64,000 bases of DNA from an uncultured Chloroflexia bacterium (lineage in GTDB: Bacteria > Chloroflexota > Dehalococcoidia > DSTF01 > JALHUB01), in the NCBI GenBank assembly GCA_963703345.1, contig OY969814.1, positions 1,824,001-1,888,000 on the forward strand. Direction: 5' to 3'. The first letter of the stretch is position 1. The number at the start of each line of letters is the position of its first letter. The notes below the pieces were generated by a model. The model searched no databases. It saw only the letters and a list, made by a program, of their open reading frames with translations, and was not told the DNA's origin. The position numbers and the translations under genes are program-made. Shown one piece after another: positions 9,397 to 19,679 of this stretch.

Positions 9397-10715
9397 TCCA
9401 TCTCTCCCGCCGGCCCTCTCAGCACCGCGCGCGCTCCTTGCGAGCCGCGACGGAGCAGCATCCGCATCGACGGCGCCGCGACAGGAACGAGGGCAACAGT
9501 GAACGAGGCGAAAAGGAGGCAGTTCAAGGCAGCCACGGCGATCGTGAAGGGGGAGCCCGTCCAGCGACCGGCAAAATCGGCAATCGGCGGCGCCACGACG
9601 GCCAGGTTGAAGAAGAAGGCGATGGAGGCAAAGCCGTACAAGGCCCGCCAGCGCGACTCGGCGATGGCCACCGGCAGCATGAAGGCGAGGAACGGGTAGA
9701 GGTAGCGGTCGTGCGTGGAGATGGGCAGGAGATAGAAAGCGAACGAGAGGTAGGCCGCGGCCACCAGGGCGCCGCGAAGGTTGGGACGGGCGTGCAGGTA
9801 GAACAACGCCAGGAAGCCGGCGCAGACCGTCAGCACCAAGCCAATCGTCCGGTAGGTGATGAAGGGGACGACGCCCTGGTCGGGATGAGGATGTAACGAC
9901 AGGTCGGCGAACCACCACAGGTTCCAGGCGGACGCCGACAACCTGCTGTAGTCCGCCTCGAACAGGCTCCGATAGACGCGCAGGATGTTCAGCGCGTCGC
10001 CGTGGAGCAGCCAGGGGCCAAGCCCGACGAGCCAAACGGCCGCCACCGTGAGCACTCCCGACCGCAGGGCGCGCGGACTCTGTCGCCAGGCCAGGTAGAT
10101 GAGCAGCGGCAGGATGATTATCGGATGCGGTTTGACTAGAAAGCCGACCGCCCACATGCCGAAGGCCAGCTTCGTGCGGCCCCTTGCGACGAAGAAGATC
10201 GCCAGCAGCATCGCCATCGTGACGGCCGAGTCCGTCTGCGACCAGACCGCCGAATCGTACAGAACGGCCGGCTGCACGGCGATTACGGCCGCGGCAACAA
10301 GGGCGAGGGCATTGCTCCGCGGAAGGCGAAGCTCCTCAAAGAGGGCGCGGCTGACGGCATAGACGGCGACGATCAGGCCCAGGTCGAACAGAACGGGCGG
10401 CGCCTTGACGAGGAGGCGCAGCCGTATCGCGTCATAGTCCCACGTTCCGCCGATTATGCCGTTGATTTGCGTCAGCAGCCAGAGGACGTAGTGATAGCCA
10501 ACGTAGTCGGTGTCGGTAGTGCGAAAGATGTTGAGGAGGCCGTGCCGGTGGATGGCCACCATCCAGTTCTTCCAGAAGCCCTCGTCGGTGAAGCCTTTGT
10601 CCTGGTAGGCCCAGAGGGGCAGCAGCGGCAGGCGGATCGCGAAGGCGACGACGAGCAGAGCCATGAGATGGAGATGGTTGCGGATGGTCTGGCGGGCGGT
10701 GGCAAGCAGCGTCAT
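9393..10715 (-). CDS. GT-C membrane glycosyltransferase (GT87/DUF2029-like)
   Basis: Many TM helices, TDEGFW, DSAVWSQTDS, LVKP, HDRYLYP. Confidence 0.8.
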   Translation of the reverse strand: MTLLATARQTIRNHLHLMALLVVAFAIRLPLLPLWAYQDKGFTDEGFWKNWMVAIHRHGLLNIFRTTDTDYVGYHYVLWLLTQINGIIGGTWDYDAIRLRLLVKAPPVLFDLGLIVAVYAVSRALFEELRLPRSNALALVAAAVIAVQPAVLYDSAVWSQTDSAVTMAMLLAIFFVARGRTKLAFGMWAVGFLVKPHPIIILPLLIYLAWRQSPRALRSGVLTVAAVWLVGLGPWLLHGDALNILRVYRSLFEADYSRLSASAWNLWWFADLSLHPHPDQGVVPFITYRTIGLVLTVCAGFLALFYLHARPNLRGALVAAAYLSFAFYLLPISTHDRYLYPFLAFMLPVAIAESRWRALYGFASIAFFFNLAVVAPPIADFAGRWTGSPFTIAVAALNCLLFASFTVALVPVAAPSMRMLLRRGSQGARAVLRGPAGEMD

Positions 10716-10770
10716 GCCGGCTTCCTCATAAGCTATGATAGCAGAGAAGGAGGCGGGCAGGAGCAGCGAA

Positions 10771-11298
10771 ATGTTTACAATCGGACATTCCACGCGTCCC
10801 ATCACCGAGCTGCTCGGTCTGCTGAGAGAGCATGCGGTTAAGCGGGTCGTTGACGTGCGGACCATCCCGCGCTCGCGTCACAACCCGCAGTTCGACATCG
10901 AAACGCTGCCTCAGGCGCTTCTCGCCGCCGACATCGCCTACGAGCACAGGCCATCGCTGGGCGGCCTGCGCCGCGCGCGACGCGACTCGCCGAACGACGG
11001 CTGGCGCAACGCGTCTTTCCGCGGCTTTGCTGACTACATGCAGACGCCGGAGTTCGCGGCGGCGCTGGAGCAACTGATAGCGTCGTCGCGACGGGAATGC
11101 ACGGCGGTCCTCTGCGCTGAGGCTCTGCCCTGGCGCTGTCATCGCTTTCTCATCAGCGACGCCCTGACGGTGCGTGGGGAGGAGGTCGAGCACATAATCG
11201 GCAGCGGCAGCCCGCAGCGGCACCGCCTGACGCCGTGGGCGCGCGTCGAGGACGGGCTCATAACCTACCCGGCGCCGCATCAGGGCGAGGAGTCGTAG
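10771..11298 (+). CDS. DUF488 family protein
   Basis: FTIGHSTR, DVRTIPRSRHNPQF, LCAEALPWRCHR. Confidence 0.9.
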   Translation: MFTIGHSTRPITELLGLLREHAVKRVVDVRTIPRSRHNPQFDIETLPQALLAADIAYEHRPSLGGLRRARRDSPNDGWRNASFRGFADYMQTPEFAAALEQLIASSRRECTAVLCAEALPWRCHRFLISDALTVRGEEVEHIIGSGSPQRHRLTPWARVEDGLITYPAPHQGEES

Positions 11299-11398
11299 TA
11301 GACCCTGCGCCAGTGGACAAGGCCCGGCGGCTGTGAGATTCTGTAAGGAGAGAGTTGTTGCGCCGGGGGCGCAACAGGCGAAAGCCGCGGAGGCAGAA

Positions 11399-12013
11399 AT
11401 GGTGAAGGAAGACGAACAAGCGACAGCCATCGCGGGGGAAGGCGGCGAGACGGTCAATGAACTCCTGACAGGCTTTCTCAGCCACGATTGGAAGGTCCGG
11501 GAGTCCTCGCGGCTGGGACTGGAGAGTCTGGGAGAGCTGGCGCTTTTCCCGCTCATCGACCTGCTAAACGATCCGGACTGGCACGTTCGCTGGGAGGCGG
11601 CAAAGGCGCTACAGAACATTCGCGATCCGAGGGCGGCGCCGGCGCTCGTCAACACGCTTACGGACTCGCGCTTTGGCGTGCGCTGGCTGGCCTCGGAAGC
11701 GCTGATAGCGCTGAAGGAGGCCGCTCTGGGCCCATTGCTCGACGCGCTGGTCCACCAGGGCGACTCGCTCTGGCTGAGGAGAGGCGCTCATCGCGTGCTG
11801 CGGCAGTTAACGGATGAGCTCCATCGCCCGGAGGTCAGCGAGATCGTGAAGCCGGTGTTGACCGCGCTGGAGAGCATCGAGCCATCAGCGACCGTGGGGG
11901 TTGCGGCGCAAACCGCCCTGGCAGAGCTGCAGCGGCGCGGCGTTCTCGAACGAACTCACTGGCCCCAGGAAGAGGGCGCCGCTACCGAGCCGCCCGCGCT
12001 TCGCAGTCGGTAG
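11399..12013 (+). CDS. HEAT/PBS-lyase repeat protein
   Basis: Repeated D.DW.VR..AA.AL motifs; GGAGG RBS. Confidence 0.85.
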   Translation: MVKEDEQATAIAGEGGETVNELLTGFLSHDWKVRESSRLGLESLGELALFPLIDLLNDPDWHVRWEAAKALQNIRDPRAAPALVNTLTDSRFGVRWLASEALIALKEAALGPLLDALVHQGDSLWLRRGAHRVLRQLTDELHRPEVSEIVKPVLTALESIEPSATVGVAAQTALAELQRRGVLERTHWPQEEGAATEPPALRSR

Positions 12014-13299
12014 AGGACCGAGAGCGCTACGCCGGTCGCCGAGAGGATGCCGAAGAGCACTATCGCCTGCTGAACGCCCAGCCTTTCCGCGACGTTGCCG
12101 AGGAGGAAGGCGCCCAGCGGCGTCGTCCCGGCGAAGAGCAGCACGTAAAGGCTCATTATCCTGCCCCTGAGGTGCCCCGGCGAGAGAAGCTGAAGACGCG
12201 TGTTCGCTGAGGCGGTGAAGATGATGCCGGAAACCCCCATCAGCATCAGCAGGAAAAGCGTCAGCGCGTACCAATGCGACAGGCCGACCAGAATCAGCAG
12301 CAGGCTGAACACGCCACCGCCGATCAGAATCTGCTTCTCGCCGGCCCGCCTCGTGTAGGCGATGGCGAGGGCGGCAAGGAGCGATCCGACGCCCAGAGTA
12401 GCGGTCATTGCGCCGAAGCCTATCGAGCCGACGTGCAGGACGAACCGGGCGAGCAGCGGCAGAGCAGTGCTGAAGTTATAGCCGAAGGTGCCGACGAACG
12501 CCATCAGGATCAGGATTAGCAGCACCTGCGGCGTTCGGAAGGCGAAGTCCAGCCCCTCCCGAAGCTGCGTGAACATCCTTCCCCTGCCCTTCTCGACGGG
12601 AAACAGCTCCGCCGGCCGCATCATCATCAGGGCGATGATGACGGGAATGAAGCTGGCGGCGTTCAGGTAGAACGTGCCGGCGACGCCGACGAGAGCGATG
12701 GTGATTCCGCCTATCGCCGGGCCCACGATGCGCGCGGCGTTGAAAAGGGTGCTGTTGAGCGGCACGGCGTTCGGCACCAGGTCTTTGCCAACCATCTCCG
12801 GCACAAACGCCTGCCGCGTCGGGTTGTCGAAGGCGTTGGTTATGCCGAGAGCCGTTGCCAGCAGGTAGACGTGCCAGAGGCGGACGGTGCCCGTCGTGAT
12901 GAGCACGGCAAGCGCGAGCGCCTGCAGCATCGCCGCGGTCTGCGTGACGACGAGAAAGCGCCGCTTGGGCACGCGGTCGGCGAAGACGCCGCCGAAGAGG
13001 ACCAGCAGCGTTATCGGCAGGAACTGCAGCGTCGTAACGGTGCCGACGGCAAACGGCGACTGCGTCAGGTTTAGCACGAGCCACGCCTGCCCCACAGTCT
13101 GCATCCAGGTGCCGCTGAGGGAGATGAGCTGGCCGAACCAGAAGAGCCGGAAATTGCGAACGCTGAGCGCTATGAAGATGTCGCGCACGCTTCGCCCGGC
13201 GGGAGCGAGCCCGGCCTCCACGGCGGAATTGGGCGCGACTCCGTTCAGGGATAGATCTTCGTCTTCCGCGCTCTTCTGAGCATCGTCGTGAGGCGTCAT
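11956..13299 (-). CDS. MFS transporter (MFS_3/DUF894-like)
   Basis: NFRLFWFGQLISLSGTWMQ, FDNPTRQ, HLRGRIMS; about 12 TM helices. Confidence 0.92.
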   Translation of the reverse strand: MTPHDDAQKSAEDEDLSLNGVAPNSAVEAGLAPAGRSVRDIFIALSVRNFRLFWFGQLISLSGTWMQTVGQAWLVLNLTQSPFAVGTVTTLQFLPITLLVLFGGVFADRVPKRRFLVVTQTAAMLQALALAVLITTGTVRLWHVYLLATALGITNAFDNPTRQAFVPEMVGKDLVPNAVPLNSTLFNAARIVGPAIGGITIALVGVAGTFYLNAASFIPVIIALMMMRPAELFPVEKGRGRMFTQLREGLDFAFRTPQVLLILILMAFVGTFGYNFSTALPLLARFVLHVGSIGFGAMTATLGVGSLLAALAIAYTRRAGEKQILIGGGVFSLLLILVGLSHWYALTLFLLMLMGVSGIIFTASANTRLQLLSPGHLRGRIMSLYVLLFAGTTPLGAFLLGNVAERLGVQQAIVLFGILSATGVALSVLYRLRSAGGSVAAPSSWGQ

Positions 13300-13339
13300 T
13301 CGCTGCGTCCTCGCATGAGGCAGCCCGGATCTTTCGTAG

Positions 13340-13371
13340 AAAGAAGCCACCCCCGCAATTGCGAGGGTAGC
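13340..13371 (-). terminator. Intrinsic terminator between the two MFS genes
   Basis: Minus strand GCTACCCTCGC-AATT-GCGGGGGTGGC followed by TTCTTT. Confidence 0.6.
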
Positions 13372-13462
13372 CGAAAATCGAAAGAGCCGCCAGCGTTATC
13401 GCACGGGCACGTTCACCGTTTGAAACGGCACGGGCCGTCAACGAATTGGGGCGAAAGACCGT

Positions 13463-14692
13463 CTAGAGGTAGGGCGGCGGCTTCAAGTCCCGCGTCATTC
13501 GGTGGTGCTGTAGGTGGACGACTGTCAGAACGATGGCGACGCCGAGCAGTATGGCGGCGAACTTGAACGGCGCTTCCGGTCCGTACATCTCGCTGACGCG
13601 CCCGCCGGCTGCCTGACCGACTGCACCGCCAAGCCCCTGCACCGCGGCCAGCGATCCAAGAAGGACGCCGCGCGTCTGGACCTGCGTCGCGTCGAGGGCG
13701 GCGGCGCACCAGGCGGGCACGCTGATGGCATAGGCAAGGCCCGCCAGCACCGCCAGGTTGACGGCGATGAACGGACTGTGCGTCAGCGTCAGCGCGAACA
13801 GGCAGAGCGCGGTAACAGCCAGCCCCACGATGAGCGGCAATTGCCTCCCGAAGCGGTCGGCCAGGTGCGAGAAGCGGAAGGCGATGAAGCCCGCGACTGC
13901 CGCCGGCGCGATCAGGAGCAGCGCCATCTGGTGCATCTGGACGTGCAGCACCTGCGTCAAGTACGTTCCAATAGCGGGCGTCTGCACGGCGATGCCCAGG
14001 CTCAAGAAAAGGATGATGGCGGCGAGCATCAGGATGCCGGGCTTCATGATCGAGCGGAAGGCGCTGAGCTGGAGCGCCTCACCCGTCTTCCGAACGATCG
14101 GCACGACCGGCGCGTGGTCCGGCCGCATCGCAACGGCGAGCGCGAGGCCGTTCAACGCCAGGCAGGCGAGGAAGACGGCGGTGTAAGAGACGAAGTCGCC
14201 GAGCATGACGCCGACCATCGCTCCTGCGCCGAGGCCGAGCATCTGCGCGAGGTTCAGGTAGTGCATGACCTGGCCGCGCTTCGCCGGCTCGTTCGTGTCG
14301 CCGACATGGGCCAGGAAGGCGGGCCACATCGTCGCGGCGGCGAGACCGTAGAGGCCGGAGAGGGCCAGGAACAGCGTGCCGTTAGGGAAGAGCATCATCG
14401 CGGCGAGCACTGGTATGCCGACCGCTATTCCGACGGCGAGGACGGGCCGCCTTCCGACTCTATCGGCGATCCAGCCTGCAGGCATCTGCCAGAGGAAGCG
14501 CGCCAGGCTATAGGAAGCGAGCGCGTAGCCCGGGAAGGCGTTGGAAGCGTTGAGGTGCTGCGGCAGGTAGGTCTGGACAAGCGTCAGCATGAAGATGCCC
14601 AGGGAAGCCTGCCAGAGAAAAACGGTGGCCGCCAGCTCGATCAGCCGGCGGCGAGGCATCGTCAGGGAGTAGGAGGGGAAACTGATTCTCAT
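13463..14692 (-). CDS. MFS transporter
   Basis: GWIADRVGRR and LADRFGR motif A copies; about 12 TM helices. Confidence 0.9.
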   Translation of the reverse strand: MRISFPSYSLTMPRRRLIELAATVFLWQASLGIFMLTLVQTYLPQHLNASNAFPGYALASYSLARFLWQMPAGWIADRVGRRPVLAVGIAVGIPVLAAMMLFPNGTLFLALSGLYGLAAATMWPAFLAHVGDTNEPAKRGQVMHYLNLAQMLGLGAGAMVGVMLGDFVSYTAVFLACLALNGLALAVAMRPDHAPVVPIVRKTGEALQLSAFRSIMKPGILMLAAIILFLSLGIAVQTPAIGTYLTQVLHVQMHQMALLLIAPAAVAGFIAFRFSHLADRFGRQLPLIVGLAVTALCLFALTLTHSPFIAVNLAVLAGLAYAISVPAWCAAALDATQVQTRGVLLGSLAAVQGLGGAVGQAAGGRVSEMYGPEAPFKFAAILLGVAIVLTVVHLQHHRMTRDLKPPPYL

Positions 14693-15050
14693 ATTCTGTT
14701 ACTCGCCGCTTGTCGCATCGACCCCTCCACCTATAGCATCGGTCGTTTCGCTATTGACCGAAAGGCGGAAACGCCGGAAGCTCCAGCGGCTATGTGCTGC
14801 ATCATTGGAGACCACCACCCATTCACTACCCCCCCCATTGTCGTGAGTGCCGTCCCATTCGGCGGTGCGGGAATCGCAATGAGGAACTGCGCGGGGCGTT
14901 ATTAACTTCTTGCTACCTATTCTACACCCCCTGCCGAGCAAAGCAAGCCTCACTGGGGCCACCGCACTTCCGGTAGATTCGGGCATCGCTACGCCCGAAA
15001 AAATGCTGAGGAGAGTCGTCGCCACTGTGCTGCAGGCGATAACGCGGCGG

Positions 15051-17771
15051 TCAGGCCGCGCGCGCCAGGTCGGAGGACTCCTTGGGTCGCCCCTTGACGA
15101 TTCTGTCGATCTCACCCCTGGCGACGGCGCGCTTGAACGCATCCACGACCACTGGTGAGTACTTCTTGCCCCTGTTCTTGGTTATCTCCTGCATCGCCCG
15201 GACCGGCGGCCACGCGGCCTTGTACGGTCTCCTCGACGTCATGGCGTCGAAGCCGTCAGCCACGGAGACGATCGCGGTGCACAGAGGTATCATGTCGCGG
15301 TGGAGGCCGTCCGGATAGCCTGTCCCGTCCCAGTTCTCGTGATGCCAGCGGGCGATCTGGCGGGCCTTCTTGAACCAGGGGTCAGGTGGAAGCAGCTCCT
15401 CACCCCACATCGGGTGCTTCCTCATGATCCGCCACTCGTCCTCCGAGAGGGCCCCGGGCTTTGTCAGAATGGAGTCGGGGACGCGTAACTTGCCGAGGTC
15501 GTGGAGAAGGGCAGCCACACCGATCTCCTGGGCCTCATCGGGACTAAGGCCGATCTCGAGCGCTATAGCCTCCGAGTAGTGCTCTATTCTGTTCAGGTGG
15601 TTTTCGGTGTACGGGTCGCGGGCCTCGGCGGCCGTCGCCAGCAGGAAGACGATGCTCTCAAACGCCATGCGCTTCTCGGTGCCCGCGCGCTGGCGCTCGA
15701 TGAAAGCGGAGATGCTCTCAGCGGCGAGTCGCAGCAGCTTGACGTCCTCCTCTCGCCAAACGCAGGTGCTGTGCACCGTATCGATGCTGATGGAGCCGAT
15801 GACTCGGCCGCCGGATGTCAGCGATACTACCACGATTGAGTGAACCCCCAGAGACTGCCAGATACTCCTCTCCGCCGCCGCTTCCGGTGGGAGCGTGTCT
15901 ATATCGTTAACGATGATGGGCTCTGCCTGCAACGCCATCCGCGTGGACCACGGGAAGGCAACAGCGTCGAAGTCGTACATGTCGCTGACTTCTTCCGCTT
16001 CGGGCGCGCACCAGCGTGCAACGCAGTGCATTTTGGTCCTGCCCTGCAGCATGAAGATGTGGGCCCGTTCGGCTCCGAAAGCCTCGCCCAATACGCGCAG
16101 GACGAGATTGAGTGCCGAATCCATGTCATCGGAGGCTGCCAGAAGGTTGGAGGCCTGGGCGATCGCGGATTCCATTCTGAGCCTGTCCGCCATCTCCTCC
16201 TCTGCACGCTTCCGGTCGGTGACGTCTTCAATGGTGCCTACGTAGCCGGTGACGATGCCCTCTGGGGAACGAATCGCAATGATGGTCGTGTGCACCCAGC
16301 GCTCTTCTCCGGCCTTGGTCAGTATGCGGTATTCCATGGAGAACTTGCGCCTGTTGCCTATTGCAGCAGCCCCCTCCACCTTCACTGCTTCGCGGTCGTC
16401 GGGGTGGATGTACTTGGTCCATACGCGCCCCAGACCATCTTCAGAATCCCCGCCGATCAGCACCACCGCGTTATCGTTGGCGTAGACGCCGTTGCCCTGC
16501 GCGTCGGAAAGGAAGATGCCGATAGGTGCGGAGGCGCTCAGAGTGCGGAAGCGCTCCTCGCTCTCGCGGAGCGCGTTCTCCGCCTGCTTCCGGCTGGTAA
16601 TGTCCCGAACGGTGCCCACCACAGCGAGCAACTTCCCGTCCCCGTCGCGAACGAAGGCGCGGTCATCGCTGAGCCAGCAGTACTCTCCATCCTTGCGTTT
16701 CCACCGATACTCTATTCCCAAAGCCTTGCGGTCTGCGGCGGCGTTGCCCTTTGCATCGCGCCCGAATGACCCGAATCTTTGCCCGTCCTCCGGGTGGAAC
16801 CTGTTCCTCACCTCGTCAAGTCCCATCGCGGTGACCTCGGCGGGCGTGAACCCGAGCATCTCGGCGCACGACGGGCTCATGTAGTCGTAGGTGCGGGTTT
16901 CGAGATTCAACTTGTAGACAAGATCGCGCGACACATCGAGGACGTCGCGAAAGCGACCCTCCGATTCCCTGAGCTGCGCCGATCCCGTCACCAGCGTCTC
17001 GGTCATCTCGTTGAGATCGCGCGCCAGCGAAGAGGTCTCTTCAAGGCCGCAAACCTTTGCCCTTGCGTCCCAATCGCCCGATATGACTGCCCGGGCATTC
17101 GCCTTGAGTGAAGCGAGCGGGCGCACAAGCGCGACGATGAAGGCGACAAGCGCTGCAAACGCGACGAGGAAGGTCGCGACGCCGAGCCCGATAAGCAGCC
17201 CTAACGCGGTCTGTGAAGAGCGGTCCGCTGCTGCTCGCACGTCTGCCAGCTTGGCTTGCTGGGCACGCGCAAGCTGATTGGCCTGCTTCTCGATAAGCTC
17301 GAACATCGGCCAAAGCGCCGGCGCATACTGAGCGGCCATCTGCATGACGTCTTCCCCGCTAGCGCCCGACGAAATGACCGAGTCTAGCTGCTGATTTAGC
17401 TCCGCGACGGACGCCGCGACCTCATCGAGGCCAGCGATGGCATCGTCTTCGCCGAGAGTGACCATCCCTGCACGAGCTTCAGCAAGCCTGTCTACCGAAA
17501 CGGACCGATTCTGAGCGTACGTGTCGAGCAAGGAAAGCCGTTGGTCTACGTTGACGAACCCCGAAACCAAGAGGACGTTCATGTTCAAGTAGAATTGAGC
17601 GCGGGCGTCATCCAGCGCGGCGACTACGTCGGCCCTGTCTTGCAGCGATCTGCGCACGGCTCTATCGCTCTGCGCGCGCCATGCCGCGACCGCGGCCGTG
17701 GCGCCCAAAAGCACCAGCAAAGCCACGGTGGCAGCTACAGTTAGGCCTCGCGCCGACTTCAGTTTCGACAT
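15051..17771 (-). CDS. Membrane HD-GYP cyclic-dinucleotide phosphodiesterase (TM-HAMP-PAS-PAS-GAF-HD-GYP)
   Basis: ARDPYTENH, LHDLGK, HHENWDGTGYP, DGFDAMTSRRPYK; two PAS/PAC domains ending DIT/DVT. Confidence 0.92.
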   Translation of the reverse strand: MSKLKSARGLTVAATVALLVLLGATAAVAAWRAQSDRAVRRSLQDRADVVAALDDARAQFYLNMNVLLVSGFVNVDQRLSLLDTYAQNRSVSVDRLAEARAGMVTLGEDDAIAGLDEVAASVAELNQQLDSVISSGASGEDVMQMAAQYAPALWPMFELIEKQANQLARAQQAKLADVRAAADRSSQTALGLLIGLGVATFLVAFAALVAFIVALVRPLASLKANARAVISGDWDARAKVCGLEETSSLARDLNEMTETLVTGSAQLRESEGRFRDVLDVSRDLVYKLNLETRTYDYMSPSCAEMLGFTPAEVTAMGLDEVRNRFHPEDGQRFGSFGRDAKGNAAADRKALGIEYRWKRKDGEYCWLSDDRAFVRDGDGKLLAVVGTVRDITSRKQAENALRESEERFRTLSASAPIGIFLSDAQGNGVYANDNAVVLIGGDSEDGLGRVWTKYIHPDDREAVKVEGAAAIGNRRKFSMEYRILTKAGEERWVHTTIIAIRSPEGIVTGYVGTIEDVTDRKRAEEEMADRLRMESAIAQASNLLAASDDMDSALNLVLRVLGEAFGAERAHIFMLQGRTKMHCVARWCAPEAEEVSDMYDFDAVAFPWSTRMALQAEPIIVNDIDTLPPEAAAERSIWQSLGVHSIVVVSLTSGGRVIGSISIDTVHSTCVWREEDVKLLRLAAESISAFIERQRAGTEKRMAFESIVFLLATAAEARDPYTENHLNRIEHYSEAIALEIGLSPDEAQEIGVAALLHDLGKLRVPDSILTKPGALSEDEWRIMRKHPMWGEELLPPDPWFKKARQIARWHHENWDGTGYPDGLHRDMIPLCTAIVSVADGFDAMTSRRPYKAAWPPVRAMQEITKNRGKKYSPVVVDAFKRAVARGEIDRIVKGRPKESSDLARAA

Positions 17772-18061
17772 CTGGCCCGCACGCGACGCGCTCCGGCACG
17801 TCCACTCTCTGCCAAGATGGCTCTCTAGCCTCCCACCTTCGTCTCGCGCTCCCGCAAAGGGCGCACCGGCAGTAGGTCCCAAAATGATGATCGGAAAGGG
17901 CGAGGCGATCAGCAGGGCGGCTCACGACGCCCGGCGCCTTCGTCGGGCACCCTTTCTTCGCCGTCGTGGGGCGACGGCTTCAATGGCGTTTGCCTGATTC
18001 TTGCTGGTAGAATTGAGGCAGAACAACGTCCCCTTTGTAGGAACGAGAAGGAAGGTGTCCG

Positions 18062-19510
18062 ATGTCGCTCAAGACCGGCGAAGAATACGTGAAGTCAATC
18101 AAGAAGCTTAACCTCAAGGCGCACGTGCTGGGCAAAGAGACCGGCGACCTGACGGAGCACCCGCTGGTGGCGCCTTCGGTGCGCGCCGTCGCCGCCACGT
18201 TCGACTGCGCCTACGACGAGTCGAGCCGTGAGCTCTTCCGCGTCCGCTCGTCGCTGACCGGCCAGGAGGTCGCCCGCTTCACCCATCTGCACCAGAGCAC
18301 GGAAGACCTGATGAACAAGGTCATCATGCAGCGTCACTGCGGCAACGTCACTTCCTGCTGCTTCCAGCGCTGCGTCGGCATGGACGCTGCGAACGCCCTC
18401 CTCACCGTCACCTTCGAGTGCGACAAGGCGCACGGCACGGACTACCACCACCGCTTCCGCGACTACTGGGCGCACGTGCAGTCGGAGGACCTGGTCGTCG
18501 ACGGGGCGATGACGGACCCGAAGGGCGACCGCGGCAAGCGTCCGGCGCAGCAGAGCGACCCCGACCTGTACCTGCGCGTCGTTGACCGCCGGAGCGACGG
18601 CATCGTCGTGCGCGGCGCCAAGCTGCACCAGACCGGCATCTTGAACTCGCACGAGATCATCGTCATGCCCACCATCGCCATGCGCGCCGGCGAGGAGGAC
18701 TGGGCGGTCTGCTTCGCCGTGCCGACGAACACGCCGGGCATCCGCTACATCTACGGCCGGCAGGCCAGCGACACGCGCAAGATGGAGCGGCTGAAGCTGG
18801 ACGTGGGCAACGTGCGCTTCGGCGGCCAGGAGGTCATGACGGTGTTCGAGGATGTGTTCGTGCCGAACGAGCGCGTCTTCATGAACGGCGAGGTTGACCA
18901 GTCGGGCAAGCTGGTGGAGCGTTTCGCGGCTTACCACCGGCAGAGCTACGGCGGCTGCAAGGTGGGCGTCGGCGACGTGCTTATCGGCGCGTCCGCCCTC
19001 ATCGCCCGCATGAACGGCGCTGAGAACGCGAGCCACATCCGCGAGAAGCTGGTCGACATGATCCATCTGAACGAGACGATGTTCGCCGCCGGAATCGCCT
19101 GCTCGGCGCTGGGGCACCCGACGGAGGCCGGCAACTACGAGATCGACATGCTGCTGGCGAACGTCTGCAAGCTGAACGTCACGCGCTTCCCGTTCGAGAT
19201 CGCGCGCAACGCCATCGACATCGCCGGCGGGCTGCTGGGCACGATGCCGTCGGCGGAGGACCTGGACGACCCGACGACGGGGCCGTACGTGCGCAAGTAC
19301 CTGGCGGCGTCGGACGCTTACGACGTGACGGACCGGATCAAGGTGATGCGTTTCATCGAGAACCTGGTCTCCGGGGCCGGCGCTGTCGCCTACCTCATCG
19401 AGTCGATGCACGGCGCGGGTCCGCCGGCGGCACAGCGGATAATGATCGGCCGCCAGGGGGACATTGAAGGGAAGATCGAGAAGGCGAAGCGGGTCATCGG
19501 CATCAAATAA
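18062..19510 (+). CDS. abfD: 4-hydroxybutyryl-CoA dehydratase (HpaB/AbfD family)
   Basis: CFQRCVGMDA and HRQSYGGCKVGVGD Fe-S ligand motifs, AMTDPKGDR, ESMHGAG. Confidence 0.85.
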   Translation: MSLKTGEEYVKSIKKLNLKAHVLGKETGDLTEHPLVAPSVRAVAATFDCAYDESSRELFRVRSSLTGQEVARFTHLHQSTEDLMNKVIMQRHCGNVTSCCFQRCVGMDAANALLTVTFECDKAHGTDYHHRFRDYWAHVQSEDLVVDGAMTDPKGDRGKRPAQQSDPDLYLRVVDRRSDGIVVRGAKLHQTGILNSHEIIVMPTIAMRAGEEDWAVCFAVPTNTPGIRYIYGRQASDTRKMERLKLDVGNVRFGGQEVMTVFEDVFVPNERVFMNGEVDQSGKLVERFAAYHRQSYGGCKVGVGDVLIGASALIARMNGAENASHIREKLVDMIHLNETMFAAGIACSALGHPTEAGNYEIDMLLANVCKLNVTRFPFEIARNAIDIAGGLLGTMPSAEDLDDPTTGPYVRKYLAASDAYDVTDRIKVMRFIENLVSGAGAVAYLIESMHGAGPPAAQRIMIGRQGDIEGKIEKAKRVIGIK

Positions 19511-19615
19511 GGCCGACCGTCACCTCCACCCTCGCAAACCGTTCGCGTTCGCTGACCTAAAGCGAAAAGAGTGCGGCGGAAGCCGGACGAGACCTCCACC
19601 TGATGTTGTGAGGGC

Positions 19616-19653
19616 AAGAAACGGGCCCGCCTCCAAGCCGGAAGCGGACCCGT
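19616..19653 (-). terminator. Intrinsic terminator of the sortase gene
   Basis: Minus strand ACGGGTCCGCTTCC-GGCTT-GGAGGCGGGCCCGT followed by TTCTT. Confidence 0.6.
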
Positions 19654-19679
19654 CGTTTGTTAGCCTCGACGGCCGCGCG

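Noticed and set aside
14693-15050. Possible structured leader upstream of the MFS gene
   Set aside because: The intergenic region is long and has a plausible promoter, but I recognised no riboswitch motif or convincing terminator.
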